This document shows, piece after piece, positions 34,484 through 44,912 of a stretch of 64,000 bases of DNA (positions are counted from its first letter, which is position 1; every line of letters begins with the position of its first letter). Under the pieces are notes generated by a model. The model was not told the DNA's origin. It ran no database searches and was given only the letters and a program-made list of their open reading frames with translations. A program made the position numbers and the translations under genes. The stretch lies in contig CANLIC010000002.1 of assembly GCA_947491025.1 (NCBI GenBank), positions 128,285 to 192,284 on the forward strand, given 5' to 3'. The stretch is from Myxococcales bacterium. Its GTDB lineage: Bacteria; Myxococcota_A; UBA9042.

Positions 34484-36385
34484 TTAGCGAAGCAAAAAGA
34501 TGGCGGCGATGGCGCCAGCCGCGATGACGACCATCGCGCCGATGCCCAGCCAGAGGCCAAGGCGCCTGTCCTTGCTCGGGGGCATGGCGTCAGCGTCCGC
34601 TGCCGGCTGCGAAGCGTCGGCGTCGGCCTTGAGCTGTGCGGCGACGCGGGCGGCCAGCTCAGCCTGATCGTTCGCGCTGACGGTGATGGTCGCGGCCGAG
34701 GCGGCGTGGCGACGCTCCTCTTCGAAGTCCGCCTCGGGTCGGGTGACTCGCATGTCCTCGGCCGGTGACCGCGTCAAACGGCTGACTGACCGTGCGCCAG
34801 GAGCGCTGCCGCCAGGCGGCGGCGGAGGCACACCCGGGCGCGCAGCCGAGGCACCAGGCGGCGGTCCGGCAGGACGTGGCTGGGCGGGCGGGTGACCCGC
34901 CGGTGGTGGCCCAGGGCGGACGGGTACCGGCGGCGGGCCGGAGCTGGGTGCCGCGGCCCTTGGCGGCGAAGCCGGGGGCGGGCGGGCGCCGGGCGCGCTG
35001 ACCGAGGGCCCAGGGGCTGTGGCGGGGAGTGGCGGCGGCGGCGGCGCGGGCAAGCCGGCGGCGCGGGCAGCCTCGATGCGGGCGGCCTGCTCCCGAACCA
35101 GAGCCGCGACACCGTGGCCGATCACAGTGCGGCCACCGCTGTCTTCCTCTGGCGGAGGCGGCGCCGCCTCCTGCGCCGCGGGTTCCCAAGCACCCGGGAG
35201 ATCGCTCGGCACTTGCGCAACGGAAGCCTCGGGGCGGGGCTTTGCGGCGACCGGCGGCGCGACGAGGCTCCGCGCCAGCTTGACGACGGGCGATGGCTCC
35301 GCGGCGACCGGACGCGGCGGGTTCGGGCGCGGCGGGGTCGCGGCGGTCGGTGCTTGCACGGGCGGCGACGAAGAGGCCACGCCGACGGCTGGGACTTCAT
35401 CGGGCGGGCGGGCGGCCATCAGCTGGGCCAACATGTCGCCTGTGAGGCGGAACGTCATGTCGGGATCGAGGGTTGCCGCGTCGACGACAGACATCTCCGT
35501 CGTGGCCGGCCGCGTGTCGATCTCCCGGGCCTCGGCCATGCAGCGCTCAAGCTGGCGCTCGACCTCTTCAGCCGATGCGGGACGATCGCTCTCTTTCTTG
35601 GCCAGCATCGACTCGACGAGGTCGGCGAGTCCGGCCGGCAGCTTTCTGCCGTCGAAGTCGACGCGCTTGGCGGTGCTGCGCACGTGATGCAGCAGGATGT
35701 CGATGACCGAGTCGCCGTCGAAGGGGGGCTCGCCCAGCAGCGACTCGTAGAGCACGGCGCCGAGGGCGTAGATGTCGGTCTGAGCCGACACGTCACGTCC
35801 CTCGACCTGCTCGGGCGCCATATAATGCGGCGTGCCGAAGACCGAGCCTGCCCGCGTCAGCGCCGCGGTCACCATGTTGGTCGGTAGCTTGGCGATCGAA
35901 AAATCGAGGATCTTGACGAGATCGCCGCCATTCTCGCCGGGAAGCACGAAGAGGTTCTCTGGCTTGATATCGCGGTGGATGATGCGATGGGCGTGGGCGC
36001 AGGAGAGGCCGCTGGCCGCCTGGCGCGCGATGTCGATCGACCGCGACAGGCCGAGGGGTCCGAGCTCGTCCATCAAGTCGGACAGCTCGGTGCCGTTGAG
36101 CACTTCCATCACGATGTAGACCATGCCGTCGGACTCACCGACGTCGTGCATGGTGATGATGTTGGGGTGGTGCAGCTGGCCTGCCGCTCGCGCCTCGCGG
36201 ACCAAGCGCTTGGCCGCGACGGGGTCTTTGGCGACGTCGGTGCGCAAGACCTTGATGGCGACGGTGCGGCCGAGGGTGTGGTCGGTGGCCCGGTAGACGA
36301 CGGCCATGCCGCCCTTACCGAGGCGGCCGACGACCTCATAGCGCCCCCCAATGACGCGCCCGACCTGGCTCTGGCTGCCGCCCAT
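34484..36385 (-). CDS. Ser/Thr protein kinase with a Pro-rich linker and C-terminal membrane anchor
   Basis: [11 protein letters not shown]...[21 protein letters not shown] and APEQ motifs. The C-terminal helix is [24 protein letters not shown]. The ATG at 36385 is preferred. The track uses a TTG at 36403. Confidence 0.9.
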   Translation of the reverse strand: MGGSQSQVGRVIGGRYEVVGRLGKGGMAVVYRATDHTLGRTVAIKVLRTDVAKDPVAAKRLVREARAAGQLHHPNIITMHDVGESDGMVYIVMEVLNGTELSDLMDELGPLGLSRSIDIARQAASGLSCAHAHRIIHRDIKPENLFVLPGENGGDLVKILDFSIAKLPTNMVTAALTRAGSVFGTPHYMAPEQVEGRDVSAQTDIYALGAVLYESLLGEPPFDGDSVIDILLHHVRSTAKRVDFDGRKLPAGLADLVESMLAKKESDRPASAEEVERQLERCMAEAREIDTRPATTEMSVVDAATLDPDMTFRLTGDMLAQLMAARPPDEVPAVGVASSSPPVQAPTAATPPRPNPPRPVAAEPSPVVKLARSLVAPPVAAKPRPEASVAQVPSDLPGAWEPAAQEAAPPPPEEDSGGRTVIGHGVAALVREQAARIEAARAAGLPAPPPPPLPATAPGPSVSAPGARPPPASPPRAAAPSSGPPPVPVRPGPPPAGHPPAQPRPAGPPPGASAARPGVPPPPPGGSAPGARSVSRLTRSPAEDMRVTRPEADFEEERRHAASAATITVSANDQAELAARVAAQLKADADASQPAADADAMPPSKDRRLGLWLGIGAMVVIAAGAIAAIFLLR

Positions 36386-36496
36386 GGAAGAATCCGCCGC
36401 CAAGCCACACCTCCAGCGCCGGGAGTGTAGCCCTTCGGCGATCGAGGGGCAACCGCGGTTCAGCGGCGCGTTCCCGTGATCCGAGGCGGGGGCCCA

Positions 36497-36524
36497 TTGA
36501 CCGGCACGGCGATGCGCGTATCAT
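36497..36524 (+). promoter_or_regulatory. Sigma70-like promoter candidate upstream of rpoZ
   Basis: TTGACC (36497-36502), a 16-nt spacer and TATCAT (36519-36524), about 140 nt before the rpoZ ATG. Confidence 0.3.
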
Positions 36525-36666
36525 ACGAGCCCCCGGTGCACCGGTCGGCGGCGTCATCGCTGACGCACACGACGCACGGGCCGGGTGCGGACCGCGAACA
36601 AAGTCGCGGAATTTCACCGCTCCCAACTTCGGCCCCTGGCGGGGCAACGACGACGAGAGGCCTCCG

Positions 36667-36891
36667 ATGGCTCGCATCACGATCGAAGACTGCCTGGACA
36701 ACGTGCCGAACCGCTTCGGCCTCGTGCTGCTCGCTTCGAAGCGGGCGCGCCAGCTGCGCGAGAAAGCGACGGCGACCATCGAGAGCAAGAACAAGGAGTG
36801 CGTCACCGCGCTGCGCGAGGCTGCCCATGGCAAGCTCCGCTTCCGCGACACCGGCACCCCGATGGTCTCGATGGTCAACCACGACGAGTAG
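36667..36891 (+). CDS. rpoZ: RNA polymerase omega subunit
   Basis: [30 protein letters not shown] is the canonical RpoZ N-terminus. Confidence 0.9.
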   Translation: MARITIEDCLDNVPNRFGLVLLASKRARQLREKATATIESKNKECVTALREAAHGKLRFRDTGTPMVSMVNHDE

Positions 36892-36923
36892 CGCAGGCCC
36901 GCGCGACGGCCACGGCAGCCCCC

Positions 36924-37637
36924 CTAAGGGGGTGGCACGACAGACCCTGAAGGGGGCGGCTGGCAGCCGTGCCGCTGGAGTCCTGCGCGCGCGGCGAGCA
37001 CACGCTCGACGTACCAAAGGCTCGGTGGCGGAGTCTGGGCGCGGTAGGACGCGATGACGCGGCCTGGACCGGTGTTGTACGACGCCAGCGCGTAGTGGAC
37101 GTCGCCGCCAAATCGCTGCATGAGCTTGGCGAGGAAGGCTGCGGCAGCCGAGAAAGCGCAGGGCGGATCGTCCGGATCATCACAGCCGAAGCCGCGCGAG
37201 GTCGCGGGCATGAGCTGCATCGGGCCGCGGGCGCCTGCGGTTGAACGCGCGCTGGCGACGAAGCCGCTCTCGACCCAGGCGACGGCCAGAAGCAGCAGCG
37301 GCTCGACGCCGTGGCGCTCGCCGGCGCTGGTCGCAAGCGCGGACCAGGCGGTACAGGTCGCCGCGCGCTCGGCGTCGATCCGCGGCAGTCGGGCGCGGAC
37401 CTCAGCCCTGGCTGCGGGCGCCTCGGCGCTCTCGACGGCGCTGGCGCCGGGCTCGAGATCATCGAGGCCGGCTGGCGGGGGTGCTTCTGGTGGGTCGTGG
37501 CGCACAGGGGCGCCACCGCATGCCGAGATCAGCAGCGCGAACAGCCAGATGAGCAACGGCCGGGGCGTCACCCGTGCTGGGATCTGGGCGTCGGCGGGCC
37601 GGGGGTGGTCGGTGGCCGGGCCAGGCGGTGGCGGCAT
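36924..37637 (-). CDS. Lytic transglycosylase (SLT domain) lipoprotein
   Basis: AWVESGF...ARGPMQLMPATS...ASYNTGPG motifs and the lipobox LLISAC. Start set at the ATG at 37637. The upstream part of track ORF 36924..38240 is antisense to the HEAT gene. Confidence 0.8.
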   Translation of the reverse strand: MPPPPGPATDHPRPADAQIPARVTPRPLLIWLFALLISACGGAPVRHDPPEAPPPAGLDDLEPGASAVESAEAPAARAEVRARLPRIDAERAATCTAWSALATSAGERHGVEPLLLLAVAWVESGFVASARSTAGARGPMQLMPATSRGFGCDDPDDPPCAFSAAAAFLAKLMQRFGGDVHYALASYNTGPGRVIASYRAQTPPPSLWYVERVLAARAGLQRHGCQPPPSGSVVPPP

Positions 37638-37769
37638 GAGCGTACGGTAGCAGGGCCGCGCGCGTCCGCAACCCAGCGTTCGGTCGGGCACCGTGGACAG
37701 CCAGACGCTGCCTGCTATCCTGCGGGCCCGCCGCTGTCTGGAGCGGCGTGGCAGCGGGAGGACGCAGCG

Positions 37770-38492
37770 ATGGGCCTGTTCGACGCCCTGTTCGGCAACA
37801 GGGATCCTGGCAAGCAGATCGACAAGGCGCGCAAGCGTTTGACCGATCGCTATCGCCAGACCTACGAGCGCTACGAGGCGATGGACGAGCTCAGCCGGCT
37901 CGGCACCGCGGAGGCGCTCACGGCGCTCCTGCAGCGCTTCACCATCCGGGTCGACGGGCCGACGGTGGACGAGGAAGAGAAGACCTACTGCTACGAGCTG
38001 TTGCGCAAGGCCGGCGACGCCGCGCTGGAGCCCATTGAGGCCTTCGTCCAGAAGTCGACGGCGGTTTACTTTCCGCTTCGGGCGCTGCGCGACATCACGG
38101 GCGACGACCGGGCGGTCGACGTCTTGCTCAAGGCGATGAATGACTGTGATCCCGGCTACCACGAGGGGCTGGAGCGGATGCGAGAGATCGTCAGCAATCT
38201 GCGAGACTTTCAGCATCCGCGGGTCCGCGACGCCCTCCACACACTGCTCGACTCGCGCTCGGACGAGATTCGCTTCTTTGCCCTCGACGGTCTGTCGAGC
38301 TATCCGGGGCCCGAGGTGATCGAGGCTTTCGCCAAGCGCATCGCGGAGGACGAGTCGCAGCGGGTGCGAGCGTTCGCCGCAGAGATCGCGGTGCAGCAGG
38401 GCCTGGACCTCAGCCCCTTCGCAGAGACGGTGCGCGCGGGGCTTGGCCCCCAGTACCGGCTGGGCGATGATGGCCTTGTCGTACGCGGCTGA
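37770..38492 (+). CDS. HEAT-repeat protein
   Basis: 240 aa from MGLFDALFG (GGGAGG upstream). It has repeated helical units such as AEALTALLQ, AVDVLLKAMND and EIRFFALDGLSS. Confidence 0.55.
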   Translation: MGLFDALFGNRDPGKQIDKARKRLTDRYRQTYERYEAMDELSRLGTAEALTALLQRFTIRVDGPTVDEEEKTYCYELLRKAGDAALEPIEAFVQKSTAVYFPLRALRDITGDDRAVDVLLKAMNDCDPGYHEGLERMREIVSNLRDFQHPRVRDALHTLLDSRSDEIRFFALDGLSSYPGPEVIEAFAKRIAEDESQRVRAFAAEIAVQQGLDLSPFAETVRAGLGPQYRLGDDGLVVRG

Positions 38493-38757
38493 ATGACGCG
38501 CTACGACAGGCGATGAGACGGGGGGACGGTCTGCGAGAACGACGCCGCTCGCGACCTGAGGGCGCTAGGCCCACGAAACAATGGACGAGCAGCGCGACCG
38601 AGGATGAGAATCCACCTTCGCGTCTCTAGCGGCAGAGGTCCCAAGACGCGCGGCAGAAGGCCGCGTGGTTGGAACGAACATCGAGTGCTCGCTGGCCCTT
38701 CTGGGCGCACGGCGGGTGTCGTTCGCGAGCCCCTGCGTGGGCGCCAGAGAGGAAACC

Positions 38758-39237
38758 ATGTCGACTGCACCGATGACGCCGCGAGGCCACGCCCGTCTGC
38801 ACGAGATGCTGCGCCACCTGCGAGAGGTCGAGCGGCCGCAAAACGTCCGCGACATCGAAGAGGCGCGGGCCCACGGCGATCTCCGCGAGAACGCCGAATA
38901 CCACGCCGCCAAGGACCGTCAGGGCCACATCGACGGCCAGATGAAGCACTTGGAGTCGTTGATCTCGACCGCGCAGGTGATCGACCCGGCGACCCTCTCG
39001 GGCGACCGCGTCATCTTTGGTGCAACGGTCGAGGTCTTGGACGTCGACGACGAGAGCGCGGAGCCGATGACCTACCAGATCGTCGGCGAGCACGAGAGCG
39101 ACCTGACGAAGGGCCTCATCAGCTACGCCTCACCGATCGCCAAGGCCTTGATTGGAAAGGTGGTCGGCGACGAGGTGGCGGTGCACACCCCGCGTGGACG
39201 GCGCACCGTGGTGATCGAGGCGGTGCGCTTCCAGTGA
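38758..39237 (+). CDS. greA: Transcription elongation factor GreA
   Basis: MTPRGHARLHEML...GDLRENAEYHAAKDRQ...SYASPIAKALIGK. Start set at the ATG at 38758, after GAGAGGAA. Confidence 0.9.
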   Translation: MSTAPMTPRGHARLHEMLRHLREVERPQNVRDIEEARAHGDLRENAEYHAAKDRQGHIDGQMKHLESLISTAQVIDPATLSGDRVIFGATVEVLDVDDESAEPMTYQIVGEHESDLTKGLISYASPIAKALIGKVVGDEVAVHTPRGRRTVVIEAVRFQ

Positions 39238-39722
39238 GCGCAGGGCCCGGGAAGGCTGCGGGCGAGGGCGTCGAAGTCGAACTGCCGGATGCCGCTGCGA
39301 CGATCGCCCTCGGCGTCGCCATCGCCGGCGCGCTGGCTGACGGCGACGTCTTGCTCCTGCGCGGCGAGCTCGGCGCTGGCAAAACGACGCTCATGAGCGG
39401 TGTCGCCGCTGGGCTCGGGTGCGACGCGACGGCGATTCGCAGCCCGACGTTTGCGCTCGTCGACGAACACGCGCGCGGCGATGGTGGCGTCCTGCTCCAC
39501 GCCGACCTCTACCGCGTCGATGCCGATGGCTTGCACAGCCTTGGCCTCGTCGAGGAGCTTGGCCGCCCCGGCATCATCGCTGCGCTCGAGTGGCCAGCGC
39601 TGGTGGAGCCGTTGCTCAGCAGCCTTGCGGTTAGCGAGGTCGAACTTCGCGCCGAAAAGGGAGGCGGACGACGCGCACATGTCGTCCTGCCTCCGGGCCG
39701 TCGGCTGATTCTGCGGCGCTAA
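39234..39722 (+). CDS. tsaE: tRNA t6A biosynthesis ATPase TsaE
   Basis: LRGELGAGKTTL, IRSPTFALV and HADLYRV motifs. The GTG start overlaps the greA stop (GTGA). Confidence 0.8.
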   Translation: MSAGPGKAAGEGVEVELPDAAATIALGVAIAGALADGDVLLLRGELGAGKTTLMSGVAAGLGCDATAIRSPTFALVDEHARGDGGVLLHADLYRVDADGLHSLGLVEELGRPGIIAALEWPALVEPLLSSLAVSEVELRAEKGGGRRAHVVLPPGRRLILRR

Positions 39723-39725
39723 TCC

Positions 39726-40487
39726 CTACTTGCCGGCCGGCGCTGCGACGCCATCGCCCTCGACCTTGACGTCGGGGTTCTCCTGCTGGACGAAGCGCCA
39801 GAAGGTGCCGAGGAAGCGCTTGGTCAGCTTGTCCTTGCGCGGCACATTGCGGTCGTCCTGGCTGATGAGCTTCTGCAGGCGCTTGTTGAGGTTCGCCAGC
39901 GCCTGGTGGCTCTTCTCGATTTGCACAAAGAGCGGATCGCTCTGCAGTTCGCCCTCTTCGACCTTCTTGCCCATGGCCTGGAATTGCCGCTCGAGCGCTT
40001 TGGCTACCAGCAGCTCTTGCTCGGCAGGAGCCTCGGCGGCGACGGCTTGTTGCAGCTCGGCGCGGGTCTCTTGGATCAGGGTCGCGAAGGCCTCGACATA
40101 CTTGGTCGCCGCGAAATCAGTCAACTTCTCGGCGTACTCGGTGATGATCGCCGAAACCATCTCCCGGATCAGCCGTGGCACCTCGGAGCTGACCTGGTCG
40201 CCGACGTAGATGGCGAGCGCAGGCGCCTCGCGCTGGACGGTCTCGACGGCTGCCCGCTTCATCGAGGGAATGTAGGCCTCGACAAGACCGGCGGCGGTCA
40301 GGGCGAGGTTGTCGGGGCGGCTCCAATAGGTCGCCTGGGCGCTGATCCACAGCGAGTAGAGGATGACGAGAAGGACGGCGAGGCCGCCGAAGATGAGGCC
40401 GTTGCGGCGTTCGCGGTGCAGGCGCGTGACCTCGCCTTCGAGGTGGGCGCGCAGCACGGTCGCGGCGGCGTGGGTGGTGTCAGTCAT
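39726..40487 (-). CDS. Single-pass membrane protein with a long helical ectodomain, hypothetical
   Basis: 253 aa with one TM helix (LIFGGLAVLLVILYSLWI), then helical or coiled sequence. Third-position GC is high. Confidence 0.6.
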   Translation of the reverse strand: MTDTTHAAATVLRAHLEGEVTRLHRERRNGLIFGGLAVLLVILYSLWISAQATYWSRPDNLALTAAGLVEAYIPSMKRAAVETVQREAPALAIYVGDQVSSEVPRLIREMVSAIITEYAEKLTDFAATKYVEAFATLIQETRAELQQAVAAEAPAEQELLVAKALERQFQAMGKKVEEGELQSDPLFVQIEKSHQALANLNKRLQKLISQDDRNVPRKDKLTKRFLGTFWRFVQQENPDVKVEGDGVAAPAGK

Positions 40488-40553
40488 TGCAGAGCTCCTT
40501 GAGTGGTTGGTGTGCGTCGCAGCGCCAGCGACGAATCGCGGCGCGTGGGCGGC

Positions 40554-41378
40554 TCACTTCTTGGCCGGGGCCGGGGCACCGCTCTTGCCGGCGGGCTCCT
40601 CGGCGGGTGCTTCGAAGAGGTCGCTGTCGCCGCCTTCGCCTTGCAGCGCCTCGTCGAGGATCTCCAGCCACAGGGCAAGGATCTGGTCCGGCGTGATCTT
40701 GGTCTGCGATTTGACCTCGCCGCGCTCTTGGGCCGCGGCAGCGTCGACCTTGACAGCGCGGTTCTGCGCCAGGACGAAGCCGTTGAGGGTGGTCTTGATG
40801 TTCTCGAGATCCTTGATGTGTCGCGCAAAGGTGCCGGTCAGCGTGCGGGAGGCCCAGATCGCCACGCCACCCTGGAACGCCTTCATCAACGCCTCGACCT
40901 TGGCCGGGTCCTTGCGGAGCTCTGGGAAGGCCTCGTAGATCTTCTCCGCCGCCGAGGCATTGGCGGTCTCGATCTTGCGCTGGAGCTGCTTCTCCAAGGT
41001 CTGCGGCAACGCCTCGCCGAGCTGGCCGACCTCGGAGTCGAGGCGCGAAGCCAGGCGGTCGAAGGCCTTGTCGAGCTGGCTCGCGAAGGCCTCGCTGACA
41101 ACCGGCGCCACCTGCTCACCGACCTCCATGGCCGCTTTCTGGACCTTGGGCAGCACCCGCGCCGCCTGCTTCTCGAACGCGCCGCCGAGGTCCTCGGCGC
41201 GAATCTCCGAGAAGGTCGAGCGGATGTGCAGGACGGTGATGGTGATGATGATCAGCACGGCAATGGGCACAGCGTAGCGCACGATGCGGATGTGGCGCTG
41301 CAGCGCGAGGTGTTGGTCGCGCAGCGCGTCATCGCTGATGCCTGCGATGGCGGGCATTCCTTTCAGCCAGTCGATCAT
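40554..41378 (-). CDS. Single-pass membrane protein with a long helical ectodomain, hypothetical
   Basis: 274 aa with one TM helix (YAVPIAVLIIITITVL). Its architecture is similar to the downstream gene. Confidence 0.6.
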   Translation of the reverse strand: MIDWLKGMPAIAGISDDALRDQHLALQRHIRIVRYAVPIAVLIIITITVLHIRSTFSEIRAEDLGGAFEKQAARVLPKVQKAAMEVGEQVAPVVSEAFASQLDKAFDRLASRLDSEVGQLGEALPQTLEKQLQRKIETANASAAEKIYEAFPELRKDPAKVEALMKAFQGGVAIWASRTLTGTFARHIKDLENIKTTLNGFVLAQNRAVKVDAAAAQERGEVKSQTKITPDQILALWLEILDEALQGEGGDSDLFEAPAEEPAGKSGAPAPAKK

Positions 41379-41475
41379 GGCCCCTCCAGGTCAGGCGAAG
41401 CGGGGCCGAGCGAGGCGCCAGGCGGGCCTGACGCGTCACGACGCTTCGCAGTGAGTGTCTCTCCTAGCAGCGTTG

Positions 41476-41498
41476 GAGTGTCCGACGATCGGACACTC
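41476..41498. promoter_or_regulatory. Perfect 10-bp inverted repeat in a divergent promoter region (candidate operator)
   Basis: GAGTGTCCGA-cga-TCGGACACTC. A further GAGTGTC half-site lies about 20 nt upstream. It sits between the 40554..41378 (-) and 41625..42821 (+) genes. Confidence 0.35.
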
Positions 41499-41624
41499 AC
41501 CTTCATGTCGCTTCAAGATACAGCAGGTGATACAGCGCTGGCAATCGGGGGCCACGCGGCATCAGGACAGCGTCTCGCTCCAAGGTCCCGAGGGTGCTAG
41601 GATGCGGGCCTGCGAGGCGCAGGC

Positions 41625-42821
41625 ATGAGGGGCGTTGGTATGGACCGCAGCAAGATTGTCCAGAGGATCAAGCACCTGACGCAAGGGGCGGCCAGATCGC
41701 GGGCCCAACGTGGCGCCTTCGCCGCGCTGAGCGTGGCGGCAGGCGTGGCGGCGGTCTGGCTGGTCGGCGCGGGATGGCCGAGAGTGGCGCTTGCGAGCAG
41801 CGACGACCCACCCAGCTCCAACGAAGCGCCGCCCCCACCTGGGGACGTCCCCCCGCCGCCAGAAGCCGCGCCAGCGCCGGGCCGTCGCGATCCCGCGCCA
41901 GAGCCTCCACCACGGCGGACCTACCGCTGCCCAGTCGATGGCGCTGAGGCGGCGGCCAAGGGCGCTGACGGCCGCGACACGACACGCCGCGACTCCGACC
42001 TTGAGATGCCGACCCGCGCCTACTCCAACCTCGTCGTGGTCTGCCCGAGCTGCGGCTATGCAGCCTGGGCCGGCGAATTCGAGCGAATGCCACCGCCGGA
42101 AGTGGCCGACTACGCGCGTAGCACGCTCAAGCGGTCTGCGCGCTCGGCCGGCACCGACGCCGCCGCCGCCTACCAACACCTGATGAACGTATTGCACGTG
42201 CGCCGCGCCGACTTCACCGAACAGATCGCCGCTGCGCTCTACTTTACGTACGTGCTGAAGCGGCAGCGCCCCTATGGCGGCCTCGATCCGGCGCTCGAGC
42301 GCAAAATCGTCGCAGCGCGCAAGCGCACCGTGGGCCTGCTCAACCGCGCGTTGCGCGACGCGCCGCCCAAGCTCCTCCACGCCCGCCTGGAGTGGACCTA
42401 CCTCGTCGGCGAGTTGACGCGCCTCGGCGGCGACACGCAATCGGCGGCGACCGCGCTGCGCGGCGTCTGCGAGCAGCAACGCGAGGCCGGCTTCACCATG
42501 GGGCGGCTGGCCTGCGAGATGGCACAGCGGGCCGAGCGCGGCGAGAGCTGGGAAGACTTCCGCGACGGCGTCTTCGACGTCCGCGGCATCGAGGCCGCCG
42601 AACGGGACGCGACGCGTCGGCGGGCAGAGGTAGAGAAAGAGCGCGCGGAGGCGGAGCGGGCCAAGGCCGAGGCCGACAAGGCGCGCGCCGAAGCCGACCG
42701 CCAGCGCTCCCCGGCCGCAAAGAGTGGCAGCTCCAAGGGGACGGCGCACGCACAGCTGCCCAACCAGCCGTCCAGCACCGACGATCCCTACGCGCCGCCG
42801 CTGCCTCCAGTCGCTCGCTAG
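41625..42821 (+). CDS. DUF2225-like zinc-ribbon protein with an N-terminal anchor or signal and C-terminal coiled coil
   Basis: YRCPVDG...DSDLEMP...VVVCPSCGYAAWAGEFE matches the split CxxC...CPxCgyA pattern of DUF2225. The hydrophobic segment is AFAALSVAAGVAAVWLV. It also has EKERAEAERAKAEADKARAEADRQR. Confidence 0.6.
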   Translation: MRGVGMDRSKIVQRIKHLTQGAARSRAQRGAFAALSVAAGVAAVWLVGAGWPRVALASSDDPPSSNEAPPPPGDVPPPPEAAPAPGRRDPAPEPPPRRTYRCPVDGAEAAAKGADGRDTTRRDSDLEMPTRAYSNLVVVCPSCGYAAWAGEFERMPPPEVADYARSTLKRSARSAGTDAAAAYQHLMNVLHVRRADFTEQIAAALYFTYVLKRQRPYGGLDPALERKIVAARKRTVGLLNRALRDAPPKLLHARLEWTYLVGELTRLGGDTQSAATALRGVCEQQREAGFTMGRLACEMAQRAERGESWEDFRDGVFDVRGIEAAERDATRRRAEVEKERAEAERAKAEADKARAEADRQRSPAAKSGSSKGTAHAQLPNQPSSTDDPYAPPLPPVAR

Positions 42822-42996
42822 CGGCCGACCGCAGCGTGTGGCAGGGGCCGCCGGGCTGCGGCGATCGAGAGGGCGTGGCCATCTGGCGTTTTGACCGGCG
42901 CTGGTCTAGAGTACCGCAGCGGCGTTTCCGGCCCTGGCATCGCCCTGGCGCTGGGCAAACAGCGCGGGAGCCCGGCCCGCCGCGCGCCATCGGAGG

Positions 42997-43902
42997 GTGA
43001 TCGAGATGGGATGGCCCCGGCCGAACGACCCAATGGACCCCCGGCCTGCGCCATCGCGGCGACTCGCCTGCGATCGCACCTCGTCGCGGCGCGGCGTCGC
43101 CCACGCGTCGTTGTGGCTGGGTGCATGCCTGCTGCTGTCACGCGGCGTTGCGGCGGCCCCCACGGCACCCGCCGCGCCAGAGGCGGGCGAGGCCACGCCC
43201 GAGACCGGCGGCGACGCTGGCGGCGCCACGCCGAGTCCTGGCAGCGCGCCTGAAGAGCCGGGCAGCCGCGAAAAGCGGAACCGCCTCTCGGACGCGCTTG
43301 CGAGGCAGGGCGAGGCCGACCTGCAGCGCTCGGTGCGGGTTTTTCAGCAGCGTTATCTGCTCAAGGGTGGTCGTGTGGAGGTGCTGGCCGGCGGCTCGGC
43401 ATCGCTCGGCGACCCGATGATGGGGCACCTGAGCGTCGACGCGGGCCTGCTGGTCCATCTCAACGAGCACTGGGCTGTCGGCCTCTCGGGCAGCAAGCCC
43501 TTCGGCAGCGAGAACGAGACCTTCTTGTCGATTCAGCGCGACTTCGGCCTCTTCCCTGAGCGCTCGCTGCTGCAGGCCACGGGCTTTGCCGAGGTACAGT
43601 TCTCGCCCATTTTCGGCAAGTTCTCGAGCTTCGGCGTTGCGGTGGTGCAGATGGATATCTACGGCGTGCTCGGCGCCGGCGGGGTACGGACCACGGCAAC
43701 AGCCTCGATCAAGCCGGCCGGCCAGATCGGCGTCGGCATGCGGCTGCACCTGTTGCGGGCGCTGACCCTGTCGTTTGAGGTTCGCGATACGCTGATGATG
43801 GAGAGCTTCCAGGCCGGCGACCGGTTCATGCAGCACGTCTTCGGCGGCGCCAAGCTCGGCTTCTGGATCCCACCGACGGTCGAGTACCGCTACCAGCGTT
43901 GA
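42997..43902 (+). CDS. Outer-membrane beta-barrel domain protein (myxobacterial type)
   Basis: A signal-like segment is followed by an acidic/Pro linker. Alternating beta-strand sequence follows (YLLKGGRVEVLAGG...VQFSPIFGKFS...LTLSFEVRD). The start is uncertain (GTG 42997, ATG 43006 or 43033). Confidence 0.6.
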   Translation: MIEMGWPRPNDPMDPRPAPSRRLACDRTSSRRGVAHASLWLGACLLLSRGVAAAPTAPAAPEAGEATPETGGDAGGATPSPGSAPEEPGSREKRNRLSDALARQGEADLQRSVRVFQQRYLLKGGRVEVLAGGSASLGDPMMGHLSVDAGLLVHLNEHWAVGLSGSKPFGSENETFLSIQRDFGLFPERSLLQATGFAEVQFSPIFGKFSSFGVAVVQMDIYGVLGAGGVRTTATASIKPAGQIGVGMRLHLLRALTLSFEVRDTLMMESFQAGDRFMQHVFGGAKLGFWIPPTVEYRYQR

Positions 43903-44705
43903 CGGAGGCTCACTTGCATCGCTTGCTCGAAGCTCTGCGCCTGTGTCAGCCCTCGCCCCGGGCGTTGCTGACGGTTTCCCGCGGCGTCGGCCGTCTCGCC
44001 GTGACGGTGGCGGCCCTCGCGTGCACGCTGCTGCCGCTCCTGACGACCTTGGCGCCGCAGACGGCCAGGGCCGACGACGTGCTCGCCGGCAGCCGCGCTG
44101 TGCGCCGGGCCCTGCTGGTCCGCGAATCGCGCCACGAGGTGGCGGGCATCCTGGGCGGCACCATCGGCGATCCCTACGTCCGCAACATCCTCCCGGGCGC
44201 GCGCTACGATTTCCACCTCTTCGACTGGCTTAGCTTCGGCGGCCGGCTGCAGGTGGGCCTGCCGTTGACGACGGCGACCTATGAAGAGGTCGACACCAAA
44301 GTCACCCGCACCAACGACACGTTCGTCATGGAGGCTTCGAGCATGCGGATGATGGCGCTCGGCCACGTGTCGGTATCGCCCCTGGTCGGCAAGCTGATGT
44401 GGCTCAACGGAAAGAGCGTCCACTTCGACGTTCACGTGGACATGATCGGCGGCCTCGCGATCACCGGCAGCACCGGCGAGGCGCTGAGCAGCGGCGGCGG
44501 ACTGGCGGTCGGCGCGGGCGGCGGCTTCCGCCTCTTCCTCTCCGAGCTCATTGCGCTTACTGCCAATCTCGAGGCGCTGACCACCGATCGCGCGCTGTCG
44601 GTGAACCGCGACAGCAAAGAGTCGGGCAAGAAGATGCGCTTCAACCTGATGACCAGCGTCGGCGTCAGCTTCTTCATGCCGCCAAAGCTGCGCCGAGGCG
44701 ACTAG
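43899..44705 (+). CDS. Outer-membrane beta-barrel domain protein, paralog of the preceding gene
   Basis: It has the same pattern (HEVAGILGG...VSVSPLVGKLMW...LTANLEAL). The TTG start overlaps the upstream stop (TTGA). Confidence 0.55.
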   Translation: MTEAHLHRLLEALRLCQPSPRALLTVSRGVGRLAVTVAALACTLLPLLTTLAPQTARADDVLAGSRAVRRALLVRESRHEVAGILGGTIGDPYVRNILPGARYDFHLFDWLSFGGRLQVGLPLTTATYEEVDTKVTRTNDTFVMEASSMRMMALGHVSVSPLVGKLMWLNGKSVHFDVHVDMIGGLAITGSTGEALSSGGGLAVGAGGGFRLFLSELIALTANLEALTTDRALSVNRDSKESGKKMRFNLMTSVGVSFFMPPKLRRGD

Positions 44706-44912
44706 CCGAAAGCCCGAGGACGGGCCACTTGAGCGTTGCTTTGGGGTGGGCCAGCGCTTGGGTCTGAGCGCTCGAAGGTGAGGCGGTGGTGCGCTCGCCT
44801 TGAGCCGCCCTCCAAAATTCCGCCCGGGCGGCGCTAGCGACAAGCTCTGCTCGCACCCTGTGGCTGCCGGCCCACCCTCGCAAGACCTCGCCAACGCGCG
44901 AGATGCGCGGCG

